Shown piece by piece: positions 46,342 through 58,300 of a stretch of DNA of 64,000 nt. The notes below the pieces were generated by a model, which did no database searches, was not told where the DNA came from, and worked only from the letters and a program-made list of their open reading frames with translations. This DNA is from Klebsormidium nitens (taxonomy: Eukaryota > Plantae > Klebsormidiophyceae): the NCBI GenBank assembly GCA_000708835.1, contig DF237185.1, forward strand, positions 6,024-70,023, read 5' to 3'. The position numbers and the translations under genes are program-made. How positions within the stretch are numbered: the first letter of the stretch is position 1; each line of letters begins with the position of its first letter.

Positions 46342-49300
46342 TCAAAGGCTACCTCGCGTGATCGTGTAGGAAGTCACAGTCGCCTGGCGAACAACGACTC
46401 GCATAGTCGATCGTTCAGCCGTCCGATCAGCGTCCTCGCTTTCAGAACCGTCCGATTCCGCCACCACAAAAGTGGACATCGTCGCGTGACCCATCTCCCT
46501 CTTCCGGCTCTTGAGCCGCATCAGTTTCTTTTGACCGACCGCGTCGAAGAAACCCTGTGCTCCAGCGTCGGGGTCCTCTTCGACGACGAAACTTGACAGC
46601 ATCGACCCGCCCGAATCTTTCCGACGGCTCTTCATCCGGATCAACTGCTTACCCGCGATGCTATCCCGCATGCCGCCCTCTTCCGCTGTTCCGCTTGCCC
46701 GCGTTCCTTTTCTGGTCGCGGGCTCATGTCCAACAGAACGGCTGCCAACTCCTTCGCCCGTCCTCGAGGCCTCCTCCTGGATCTCGCCTTTGTTATGCCG
46801 CCCTTCTAGTTCTTTCCCATTTCCAAAATGTGCGTGCTTCTTTCCGTTTTTGGCTTTCCTATGTTGACCCCTTTGGACACTTTCGCGAGCTTCCGAACCC
46901 GACCCACCTTTCTTTTCTCCTGTTCCCAGCCCACCAACCGATTTCAACCTCCTGTTCAGATCCCGATTTTTCCCGCCCTTCTCGTTTTTGCCGCGGGGCG
47001 TTCCTTCGGAGAAGCTCTCAACCGGCGAGTCTAAGGCGGCTTCTGCTCGTGGAGACATCCCTGATTTTCCGCTAAGGCTCCCTCCTTTTTGTTCCCTCTT
47101 CCGGCCAGTCAGCATTCTCATCAACCGCCCACTTTGCGAAGTCGGACGTCCGCCTGAGGCCTCTCCTCCGTCCGAACGACTTCCCGCACGCGAAGAATGT
47201 GGTGACGTCAGCGCACTCGCCCTTAGGTTCCCTTCTCCCCGGTCCCTCTGCCGGCCAGTCGGCATTCTCATCAACCGCCCACTTTGCGACTCCTGACATC
47301 CGACCGGGACTTCTCCTTCGTCCGGTAGCCGTCCCTTACGCGAAGACTTTGGTGACGTCAGCGCACTCCCCCTGCCGCCTCGCCGCTTCTCATCTGCCGC
47401 TCGCTCCCTGTCGCGTCTTCTCCGAGTCCTTCCGAGTTCTTCCGCGACGAGGGAACCATTCGATCCCAGGTCCTTCCGCTTTTCCGTTCGATACACCTGC
47501 TTCCATCCTTCCTCTCGGCTGCAGTCCGGCAACACCCGCCTGTGCAGGGACCGTCTAACCCGTTTCGAACCTCGGTTGACAGCGTTTAACCGCCCCTCCC
47601 GCCACCATAACCAGCCCGCTCTTAACTCCGTAAACGCCGCCCAGCATTGGTAACCCATCTGCCCCGCCACCGCGAGCAGCTGGAGCGCGAGCATCGCGTT
47701 TCCGAGGGTGCGCGCGCTCACGGGTGCCGCCTCCGCGGCCGCGGCCGCGCGCGCCGATTGTAGCGCAAAACTCAGCGTGAGAACCTCCAGCAGGGCGGCC
47801 GCGGTCTCGGCGCCCTGCACCCCTCTGCTGACGTAAGGCTTGCCGACCAAGAGCCAGATGAGGTAAGCGAGCGATGTTACCAGCAGCCCCCCGGCTTGCC
47901 ACGTGGCGGACCCAGAAGCTGCCACGTGACTTCCCAGGAGCGCGCCGAAGATTAGGCGCTTGGTGAGCAGAGCGCCCACGTGGCACGTCCGCAGCATTCG
48001 GACGAGGTCCCGAAGCGCGCGCGCCACATGGGGAAGAAACCGTGCGAGCCGGCTGCCAAGAGGCGCTTTGATCTGGTTTGCGGACGGTCTGATCTGATCT
48101 CTTGACAGCGCGACCTCGTTGTCGGACGCTGTGATCTCGTGGTCGGACGCTATGATCATGGTTTTGGACGCTATGATCTCGTGTTCGGACCCTATGACCT
48201 TGTTACTGGGCGCGACCGTGTTTTCAGACACCGCTGGCGGCGACTCGGGTGGGCGGAACGGATGGAAGAGCGGACCGAACCGTTCGAGCGGGAGGAAACG
48301 AGAGTGGCGGCATCGCGACATCTCAACCCACCGCCCGGGACAACGGCGGCCGAACAGGGCCGTCCAGACGAACCGCCGCCACGTCCGCTTTCCAGCGGGG
48401 AGTCGATCTCGGTTGAGTACGACTCGGGTTCCCTGGAGGAATTCAGAAGTACTCTCAGCAAGACGGCAAGCTTTGACACATGCTTAAGTCTCTTCTCAAT
48501 CCGCGTAGAAAGATGACTGTCTAGATTACTTGTGCTTGTCTGATGTACTTAGCGGAGCCGTTTCGGATGTTAAGTGTCACAGATCTGGATGCACAAAAGG
48601 TACTGTCTAATAGTGTAACCACTATAAAGTCACAAGAGGTCCCAAGAGCGTGGAAGCAGACTTCGGAGGAAAGTGTCCTTCAGCCCGCCCATCTTCTTAT
48701 TCGAATCATGATCGGCTGGTACAGCGCTTTTTAAGCATCCGGCCGGTTTGAAGCAGAGAAGGAAGTCTAAAACTTAGACGGGTAAGTTAGTCATGTCTCA
48801 ATGTAACGTCAACTAACTTCGAGTAGCTTTTTGAGCTTCCCTCATTATCTAGATGTGGCAGGTTGCTCGCAAAGAGCTGTATCCTGTGCGCAATCGGGCA
48901 TCGAAAGCAAACAGGAAGGCCCCTACTTACGACCCCGAACTTCCTGCCAAAGCGGTATCGAAAACCTGGAAAGAGGTCAACACGCACGGAAAGAGCTGAA
49001 AATGAAAACTGGTTCGATACTCACCGGTAGGACTTGCATGCCCAGGAACAAAAGAATCGCAACGATGGCCCCGCAAGGGGCGACAATCAGCAGTACGGCG
49101 CCGAGGAAGACCTTTGCGGCAGAACTGCCTGCACGGCGCAGGAGGGAAGGTCGAAATTTTGAGCGGAGATTGAGTTGCAAGCTAGGTCAGCCACCTTTTG
49201 TTTCTACTCTAGGACGAAAAGGCAGGGTAAATGACGCGTAGGTTTTCAGTGTAGGATACGAGAACCTCAGTGACTCTTGAACTGTTTTGAACAAGAAATA

Positions 49301-52300
49301 TGGCGCATGCATTGAAGGAGCGATTGAAAAGCGAAGTTCTAGCTCTCAGTTTCCTGATATAATTCATACGGACTCTACTAGCAATGGTTTTAGAGCCTTT
49401 CGAAGTAACACAACGACGGGGTATTTCGATTCCGATCGATGTAGTGAACAATAATAGCCAGCGAACAGTAATGGGGACGGGTAGGGTTTAGGTAGGTGGT
49501 TAGGGTGGGTACGGGTGCGGAGCGGGTGATCTTTTAGGTTAGGGTTTGTGGTGACCCAAAAATTCTTCTGTTCACTGGGCTTGCTGTTCACTAGATCAAA
49601 AAACTCGGAATCTTGGGTCTCTTCAAGATTCTGTCCATCGTTCCTGGCTCTATGCGGTATCATCGAAGACGTTTCCTTTTGCCAGGGCATCATGAAAGTG
49701 CTAACAGCTTCCAAACATCAATAAGTTTTGGATGAAAAACAGATTGTCTGGTACCCGCAGTTTCGTCTTTTACTGCCCCAGGGCTCACTGAAAGCCTGCC
49801 ACCATATATTCCCTCCCCTTACCTGCCATAAGCGCGGAGCACGCCTGCGTATACGCGTAGAAGCATGCAAACGCGACCAGTATTTCCACCCTGGGGAAGA
49901 GGAGGGGTGCCGGCAACCGGGCGCTCATAAAGCGCCGCCATGCGAGCGCGAGCAATGCGCGCGCAAAGATAGCCGCGCCCAACGCGGCCGCGACGCGAAA
50001 GAAGACGAGGCCCGAGACGCTGGTGCTGTAAGAAAGAACAAGGTTCTCAATTGGTTTATTCTGCTACTATATAATAAGCCACGGACGTTCAATATAAACC
50101 CGACCTCCGCCAATGTATCCGGCTTTAAGCGACAGACCAGCTACGAATTATTGAAAGCATCGCCGGGGGAAAGTTTCTTTGCTTGACTTGATGAATAAGG
50201 ACAGGTCGTATTGAGCGCGCAGACTGCCTTTTTGACAATAAATGCAAAGCATGCTCCTTAGCGGCCGTTCAAAGCACCCACAACTCCTCTGAACCATCTG
50301 ACCCAAACTTCACTAGCAGCGCCTTCCGAGTAGGTCTGTGGATTACGAATAGATGTGGACTCCCGCCTTACATAAGAACACACAACTATAACATTTTGAG
50401 GCGACAGGGAAGCACAAAATCCCTCCCTTCGGTCGCCGCATTTCGGACTCGCGGACAAGCCCTCACCTAGAAGAGCTGGCCACAGCGGACTGGAAAGATG
50501 CTGGCGCCGGAGCCGGAGCCGGAACCCAGGCCGGAGCCGGAACCGGAATTACCGTTCCGTTCAGCTCCAAGAGCCGCCGACCGGAGGCAGCTGGTGGGGT
50601 TCCGTTGGCTCCGGTCGCCTCCGCGGAATCGGGAGCAAAATCAGTCCTCTGGCTGGGTTGACTCTCCAGGTTCTGCAGACAGATCGACGGTCTTCGTGTT
50701 GAGGCAGACCATGGAAAGAATCGTTATTTTCCACAACTAGACAAAGAGCGCTTGAGAACGGCAGGGCTGTTTAGTATGGGTGCCATACCCCATGCGAGGC
50801 GTCTTTAGCCTGTCAGCAAGACATCAAGAAGCAGCGAGAAATCTGAATTCGCTGTGTCCTCCTTCTTTTCGACGCTTCCAAAATTTCCGAGGGGATGAAC
50901 AAGCTTCTCGGAAAGAGAATCCCTTTCAGATACATGAGCCGCGAAAGGAATGGAACAACAACAAAAAGAAAACTGAAGATGGATATAGAAATCCGTATCT
51001 ACTCACCACCCACGCTAGGCTTCCCGCAACCCTCGAGAAAGCCTCCGACTGCGGAGTGCCCAGCTTTCGAAGCAGCGCGAACGTCTGCACGGTTCCGATC
51101 ACCCCGACCATGTTGCCCCTAGCGACATGGGCGGTGCGACTGCCCGGTAGACCTGGGCAGAGATGGTTCAAGAGAGTGAGACAAGTCTTGGTTTCTGTAA
51201 GAAAGCCCTAATGTCACAGGGAGGGGGAAACTGAATGAAAAGGGCGGGGAACTGAGAACGAGAACCGCGACGAGCACTGGCGTTGAGAAAGAGGGCGTCA
51301 AATATAGCAGGTTCAGACCGTACGTTGTCAGTTGCATGCCACCGATACTGCCAGGCATACGTCGTTTAGAAACTACAAGTATTCCTCCGTACGTACGTTA
51401 AGCGTATCAGGTGACTGGTCTTTTGGGTGCCATGCTTGTACCGTACCTGGAAAACCGCGCAAGTGGGCAACCAAAGCCGGGAAAACCGCTGCGACGGAGA
51501 GGCCAGTTGTCGCCGCGAGGCCGCCCGCGATGAGAGTGGATCCGCGGGCGATGTTCGCGGTCGATGCGGCTGAGACGGTGCCTGCAAACGGGGTGGAATG
51601 TTGTAGACGGGTTTAAGGGTCTTGGGATTCAAGATTTTCAGGGGGTTCTGAGACCTGGGTCTCTGAGAACGTTCTGAGGGACTTGAGACTTGAAAGAAGG
51701 GTTAAGACGTTTTCGCACATGACTAAGATTTCGGATAATCAGATCTTTAGAAGCTTGCAATTGTTTCGCAATCAAGGTCCTGATTGCATCTCTGACATGA
51801 TTCGAAGACGCAGTTCCTGTATGCATCGAATCGTGATCGACTCTAAGAGAGAGCGAAAAGACACACTTGTACATTTAGCGAAAACAGCACATACAACCCA
51901 TGGAAAGAAAGCACATTTGGAGAGGGAGGTTCTCTATTTTTTTTTTAACTCACCAAACTCAACGACCAGAGTCTCCGAAGCGGCGTTTGGGTTTCCGGCG
52001 AAGTCCGTCATCGCACCCGCTGCAATCCAAACCCGCCCCTCTGATTCGCTCCCGCTGACGTCACTCATGACCAGTGTTACCATGTAACTGACGCCATCCG
52101 CTTGAGCCGAGACGTCCGTTACGGTGCACCCATCGGTTGACACTTGGCGAGCTTCAAAGGCCCCGTAAACCACATGTGACTCGCCCGCTTGTTCAGACAA
52201 CTCTACGACTCGTTCGCTGAATCGCACAACTATGTACAAACTGTCAGCGTCTACGTGGCTCCGTGTGAGGCTGACATGTGGCGCCTCCGTGTCAAATACA

Positions 52301-55300
52301 ACGGCGAAATTGTTCGAGCGGCTGTTCGGAACTCCTGCCGCATCCACGCATATGCCGGGTGGGATCGTAATAGTCACCAAACCATTTCGCGACGGTCGAA
52401 TCTGGAAGTAGAAAGCTGAGGCTGAGACGGTTTTTCCTGGAGCGTCAAGCGAAACCAAAGCGGTGCTTGTTCCGCTGGGTGAGAGACCAGGTGAGGCCGC
52501 CAGAAAAATTCCGCCGGAACCCGTTCCGTTGGGAGCCGGAATGAGCCCCTGGGCGCGCCCGCCGTCCACTACGATTCCGCTTACGTTGAACCCGCTGACG
52601 CTTCTTCCGAAGTCGACCAGAAACGGAACAGGGGATTTGTTCGCAGCCCATGCCACGCCCGTTCCGTTCGTTCCGCTCGCTCCGCCGTCCGGTGGGACCT
52701 CGACCGGAACAAGATCGACGGCTGTCAGCACCGGCAGGGGCGGAAGCGCTTCGAAAAGGACCAAAATGCTAGCGGCGGAGTTGGGGTTTCCCGCGGCGTC
52801 CAGGCAAACTCCCGAGGGTATACTTATGTCGATCTGCCCATCGCCTATCGATGCCACGTCCAGCGTATACCCCACCTCTCCCAAGGAACGGAGGCTCGCT
52901 GGATCTGGGACGGCTGCTCCGCTCAGGACGAGTTCGCATGACGTCACACTGACGCACGAGAAGCCGTAGCACGCCTTGCTGAAGTTGATGGTGACAGGGA
53001 ATGGGTTCCGGCCGACTAGAACGGAAGCCGGCGGAACGATCTGGACTTCCGGGCCCACGAGGTCGATAACCCAGGAGTAAATGTACTTAGCGCTAACCCC
53101 GAGCGGGTTAGTAAAAGTAACGGCGGCCGCGTGTGCGCCCGCGTTCAGGGCCGCAAAGGGAAGTAACGCCAGGCTGGGGTCCGGGCCGGCGTTACAGGCG
53201 AACGGCGCCTGTCCGTCGAGGGAGCAGAGAGCGACGCACTCAGCGCAGTCGGCTGAATCTTCGTTCCCCCGGGCTGAGAATGAGACTAACCCGTCTGCTA
53301 AGTTGGTCGGGTTAGGGGGGCGGCTTATGAGCTCAATAACCGGGGGCCGCCTATCGACGGTCCACTTGTAGACCGCCGGGGTTAGCGCCTGGTTACCCGC
53401 TTGGTCAACGGAGACGGCGGAAAACACGTGGTTTGTGACGTCGTTGTCCGTTCCTAAGTCGGTTAAGGTAACCAGGTTATCGCACCGGGTTAATGGGCCC
53501 CAGTCTAGGGAGCACAGAAACGTGCACTGAAGGCAGTCAGTGAAGTTTGCTCCGGTCGCGTCGGTCGCGGAGAGGCGAAAAGTGGCGGTTGGAGAACTAG
53601 AGAGGGGAGGAGGAGCGTCGGAGATGGTAGCGGTCGGGGGGATCGTGTCGACGATCCACCTGGAAAAGGAAAGCGCAAGTTGTGTTCGTAGTTGACGGCT
53701 TACAAGCTTTTCCTGTTTAAATCGGGGTCACAGATCAGCGCAACAAACCGGTTGCCTTGCCTGGATGGATGAGATGACCAAAAGGCCATGAGTAGGTCAG
53801 TATGAACGATTGCAGTGTCGAACTCGAGAGGGGTGTATTTTATCGGTGAATCGACATGTCGCTGAATAACAACTTGGTCATCTGGTCATGAAGCAACAAG
53901 ATTTTGATTCCGTAAGTTTCCCTAACGGACGGAAAACTGGACTTAGGAGACTTGATTGGGCATTCAGAAAGGATTAGTGTGATTCTCATTGAACGTTTCG
54001 GAGCCACCTGGACCCATATTTAGACCTATTGATTCCTTTGTCCTGTGGATTCAAGAGGGCAACGGCACGACGTATATGCGGAAATCGAACATCACGCACA
54101 CCGAATCACCCAAGCTTCAACACTTCTGTCAGCTTCTTTGTGTGTCAGACAGCCGTTGGTAAAAGCCTGCCAGTTGTATTGGTTCCCGTTTGAAACCAAT
54201 GATGTTGAAAATCTGCTTTACGCGAGCGAAGTGAATACTAGCTGGATCAGCCGTCAAAAGCCAAGGACGTCTGCTTTGCAGAAACGTGGCACTCACTGGT
54301 AGGGCGCGGACAATGTGGACACTCCTCGGGTGTCCGTCACTTTGACCGTCAGACTCTGCGGCCCCTGCCTCAGCCCCAACAGCTTCACCGGCGTGCTGAC
54401 GTCACACGCCGTGAACGGGTCGTCGTTCAGCTGACACGCGTACGTACACGTGGCGCACGGCTTGTTCTCCACGTAGCCCATGAACGTCAGCACGGCGTCG
54501 CTGACGTTGACGGCGGCGAACGCGGGCGGGCCTGACGTCACCTCGCTGAGCGGCAGGCTGAAATTGACCCGCCACGTGTACGAAGTGGGGGCGCCCACAT
54601 TGCCGAACACGTCCTCCGCGCTAACCGCGAAAGTGTGAACACCCTCGTAGAGGTTGGTGTAAATTGCCCCTGCCCGCGGGTCGCAGTCCCGGGGGGCGCT
54701 TCCGTCGAGAGAGCAGCGGAAAAGGCATCCCGGGCAGGGGTCGGCGGAAACGGAACTCGGCGCAAAGGAAACGGCGGTGTATTTGAAGGTCGCGTTCGGG
54801 AGCGCCGTCAGGTTGGGAGGTTTATACGCAATGCTAACGTCAGGCCCGACTAACACGGCGGTCCAAGGGTAGGTTAGGGTCGAGGTTAGCACGCCGTCTG
54901 GATCGGTGGTCACGAGTCGGAAGGAGTGCGCGCCGTTGGTCAGGTTTCTGCGCGAGCGAGGACGTGTGTAAGAAACAAGCGGGTGGCTAACTTGGAACAT
55001 TACAAGTATGAAAGAGTCCCTTGTTCACTTCGGAAAGCGCCAAGAATTCTAGCTAAGTCTTTGCGGAAACAGAGACAGGTGCAAGAAAGCGGCTCGACAA
55101 GTCGCGATTGTCGATTGCATCGATTTGCTAAAAGGAGGGTTCAGGATTTTTGCAAGAACAAGGATTAGCAAGAAGGAGGGTTCATGGGCTTTCCCTGTCA
55201 AGTAAGCTAAGCGGGAAAAGAAAGACGCAGAGTCGGATTCAGAATCACCTGTATTCGATCCCGGCACCGTTAGAAGACCCCTGAGAGCACGGCTGGCTCT

Positions 55301-58300
55301 TCATCTGGTCGACTTGGCACTGAAAGGTGCAGTTCGCGCATCGAGCTTGAGACCCCGCGATCGACGCGAAGAACTGGAAGCGCGCGTAGCTGGAACCGGT
55401 CACGGCAACCGGGGCGAACGTGAGCTGCGCTTTGGGCGGTGTGGTGTCGATCTGAAAACAAGAATAGATCTCATTAGACTGAGGTATATCAATTGAGATG
55501 ATTCCTGCTTGTCTAATTTTCCGTTCGACGAAAGGCCAACAGAGTGAATGCTGAAAGGCATTTGCAGGGGGTTTTCAGATTCGTTGTGCGGACAGGAGTT
55601 CATTCAAATGTGGCCTGAGAAAAGGACTATGAATTCTTCATAATCTGCAATCTCAGCTTGGCGGAGCGACATTGAAAAGCCCGGAGCCAAAGTTTCGAGT
55701 TTCATTCTAATTGAAAGACTCTTCTTGTCTCTCTGCACGGAGTCTTCAGAGACACACTAGCTAGATACCTTGTCAAACCATACCTCCGAAGCTTATTGGG
55801 ACTTCTTCGCAAGGTGGAAAAATTTGCAACGAGTGAAACTCATATGCCAACGAACAGCACTCGAAGCTACCTTGGCGCACGCCGAGTACCCACAGAATAA
55901 TTGCGAGGCCTTGAGTTTCTTCTCTTCCTTCGTCAAGCCCTACGAAATCAAGCCTTCAAACTAAAGTACGATTCCAGGCCCTTTTCACGACCTCTTCGGT
56001 CTCGGGATCTGCATCTGAGACCGCCTAAAACGCAGGACCTTTGATTTTTATTGTAAAAGACAAGGTTGTGATTCTGATTTTTGGGTTAAAATGACAGAGG
56101 GGCCCTAAACCGGCGGTTTTGACTTACCGTGAAGCTGAACTGCGTAAAGTTGGGCTCCTGATTTCCGGCCACATCGAGACTCCTGCCCGAGAACGTGTGC
56201 TGCCCCGGTTGCAAAAAGTAGGTTAACGGTTGCCCCGGAAAACACGAAAATATCGGCCCCGAGTCCATATTGCACTCAGAAACGCAACCCGAGCACTCGG
56301 CGAACCCCCCTCCCGGAATCGGGTCTCGGACGGTTAGGTTAAGAACCACGTTTTGGACGCTGGTCGGACGGTTCGTGGGCACGTTTGCGGTTATGCTCGT
56401 AACCGGGGGGTGATTATCGATGACCCAGGCGAAGGTCGCGGTCGGGGAGAGGTAACCGAGGGGGCTGAAAGCGCTGACTTGGAAGCTGTGTGCGCCTTCC
56501 GGAACGCTGGTGACGTCAACCGAGTGCGTAACAGGGTTAGGGGTACCCGGGTTAACGAAAACGCAGGGGCCGGGGGCGGCTGAGTCGAGCGCGCAGTAGA
56601 AGGTGCAGTCGGTACAAGTCGTTCCGGTCGCATCCGTCGCGGAAAACGCAAACCGAGCGGAGCTGTCCTTGGTCGGGGAACGGGGCCCCGAGGAAAAGAG
56701 GACAGTCGGGCCAAGGTTAGTCCTAACCGGGGGCGGTAACCTACCGGGGTCGGGGGGCGGCTTCGAGAAAGACGCAGGAGGGACCGGGGTAGGGATTACC
56801 GGGGGGGACTGCGGCGCTTGTAAGCTTATGCTATAAACCGTGCTGTTAACCTCGTTCTCTGACTTCACTCTGATCTGTAGCACGGAACCTCCGTAAAGAA
56901 CCGTGACGGCTTGGTTAACCGCCCCCCTTTGGAGCTTTCCGGTTCCGGCCGTGATCGAGGCAGCGGAATCCGTGGCGACCGCTGCCAGGGTGGCAGGGAT
57001 CCCTCCCGAATCGAAGCTGGCGGTGTAACTGAGGACGGTCGGTGTGAATGGGGGCGAGAGAGTGCCCGGGGAAATGGAGAGCGACTGGAGGGAGGAGTCC
57101 GCGCCTTGAAGGAAAAACATGCGGAAGAAGTAGGCCGTGCTTGTGACGCCGTCCGATGCCTGCAAGAGAGGCGTCTGTCTTCTATTCCTGTCTTTCGCAT
57201 TTGTGGTCTTCAAGTACGCTGCTATTCACTATTTTCCTTCTTTTCCTTGTTTTTCTTTGGCGGAATAGCGTTGGAGCTCTGCATTGCGTATCTTAACCAA
57301 ATCAGCCGCTATGGGAAATCCAACATGAGACCATGTCCAAGAGCTTCTTCATTTGAGACGCGGACGTCGACATAAGCTAGAAACACACGGGTTTATATAT
57401 TCAAGACCATAGGCTCGACGAAACTCTTATAGAAGGGACTTACCGTTATACAAAGAGGGTCGGAAAAGAGGCACCCTGACTGCAGCTGTAACATTAAGGC
57501 AGCCGGTATTCGCCGAAACGGCAATCGACTTTGAGATGCATCTCTGGATCCTAGGACACTTTTTGGAATGTGTGTCCGACATTCGAGAGGGTTTCTATTT
57601 CGTAGCTGGACTTTGCAAGAAACATACGAGTTCAGGCAATTTTGCAGCCAACCATCAGCAACCCACCGTAACAGTCAGCGTCAAGATGCCGCTCGACACC
57701 GCCGCCAGCGGAACGGATTCCGTTCCGCTGATGATCCGCTCGCTGCTTCCGGAAGGCACCGTCGCGATCATGAGCGCTCTAGGATCGGCCGGGGTCGCAA
57801 CAATCGTCATCGAAAAGGCGCCTTTGGTAAGGAAGACGGCGTATTGGGTGCCTGAAGGTGCGTAGATTGCTCAGACTTCCACAGGGGGGGCGGGGGGAAC
57901 TGGGGGAAATTTTCAGAGAACAAGGAACAGCTTCGAGCGCGTGCCTGACAGATTTGATACTAGGGATTTTGGGCTTTGGGTGAAACAATCTCAGGGAAGA
58001 GGAATACGTGGCAATGGAGGCAAGGTCAAGGGTCAGATTTCGAAGATCAGGCAGTTTTCTCAGGAACCTTAATCGGGTTCTGCGCCCCTGCGCCGCGCGA
58101 GACGACGGGTTTGGGAGATGTTGTTACTGATAAATAAGTTCTGTTGATTGATAGCGCCGGCGAAGCTGAAAAGGAAAAGAGCGAGGAACGCACTCTTGAG
58201 CCAACTCGTTTGCTTTCAGTGAAGCCTTCGGCATACTGTAGTACGACTCAAAAAAAAATCATCAAGAGGTGCCGGAAAAATCGGGTCTGAAAGAGATCGT

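Noticed and set aside
57536-57865. Plus-strand ORF MPLDTAASGTDSV…
   Set aside because: Antisense shadow of a cadherin-like exon of the minus-strand membrane protein.
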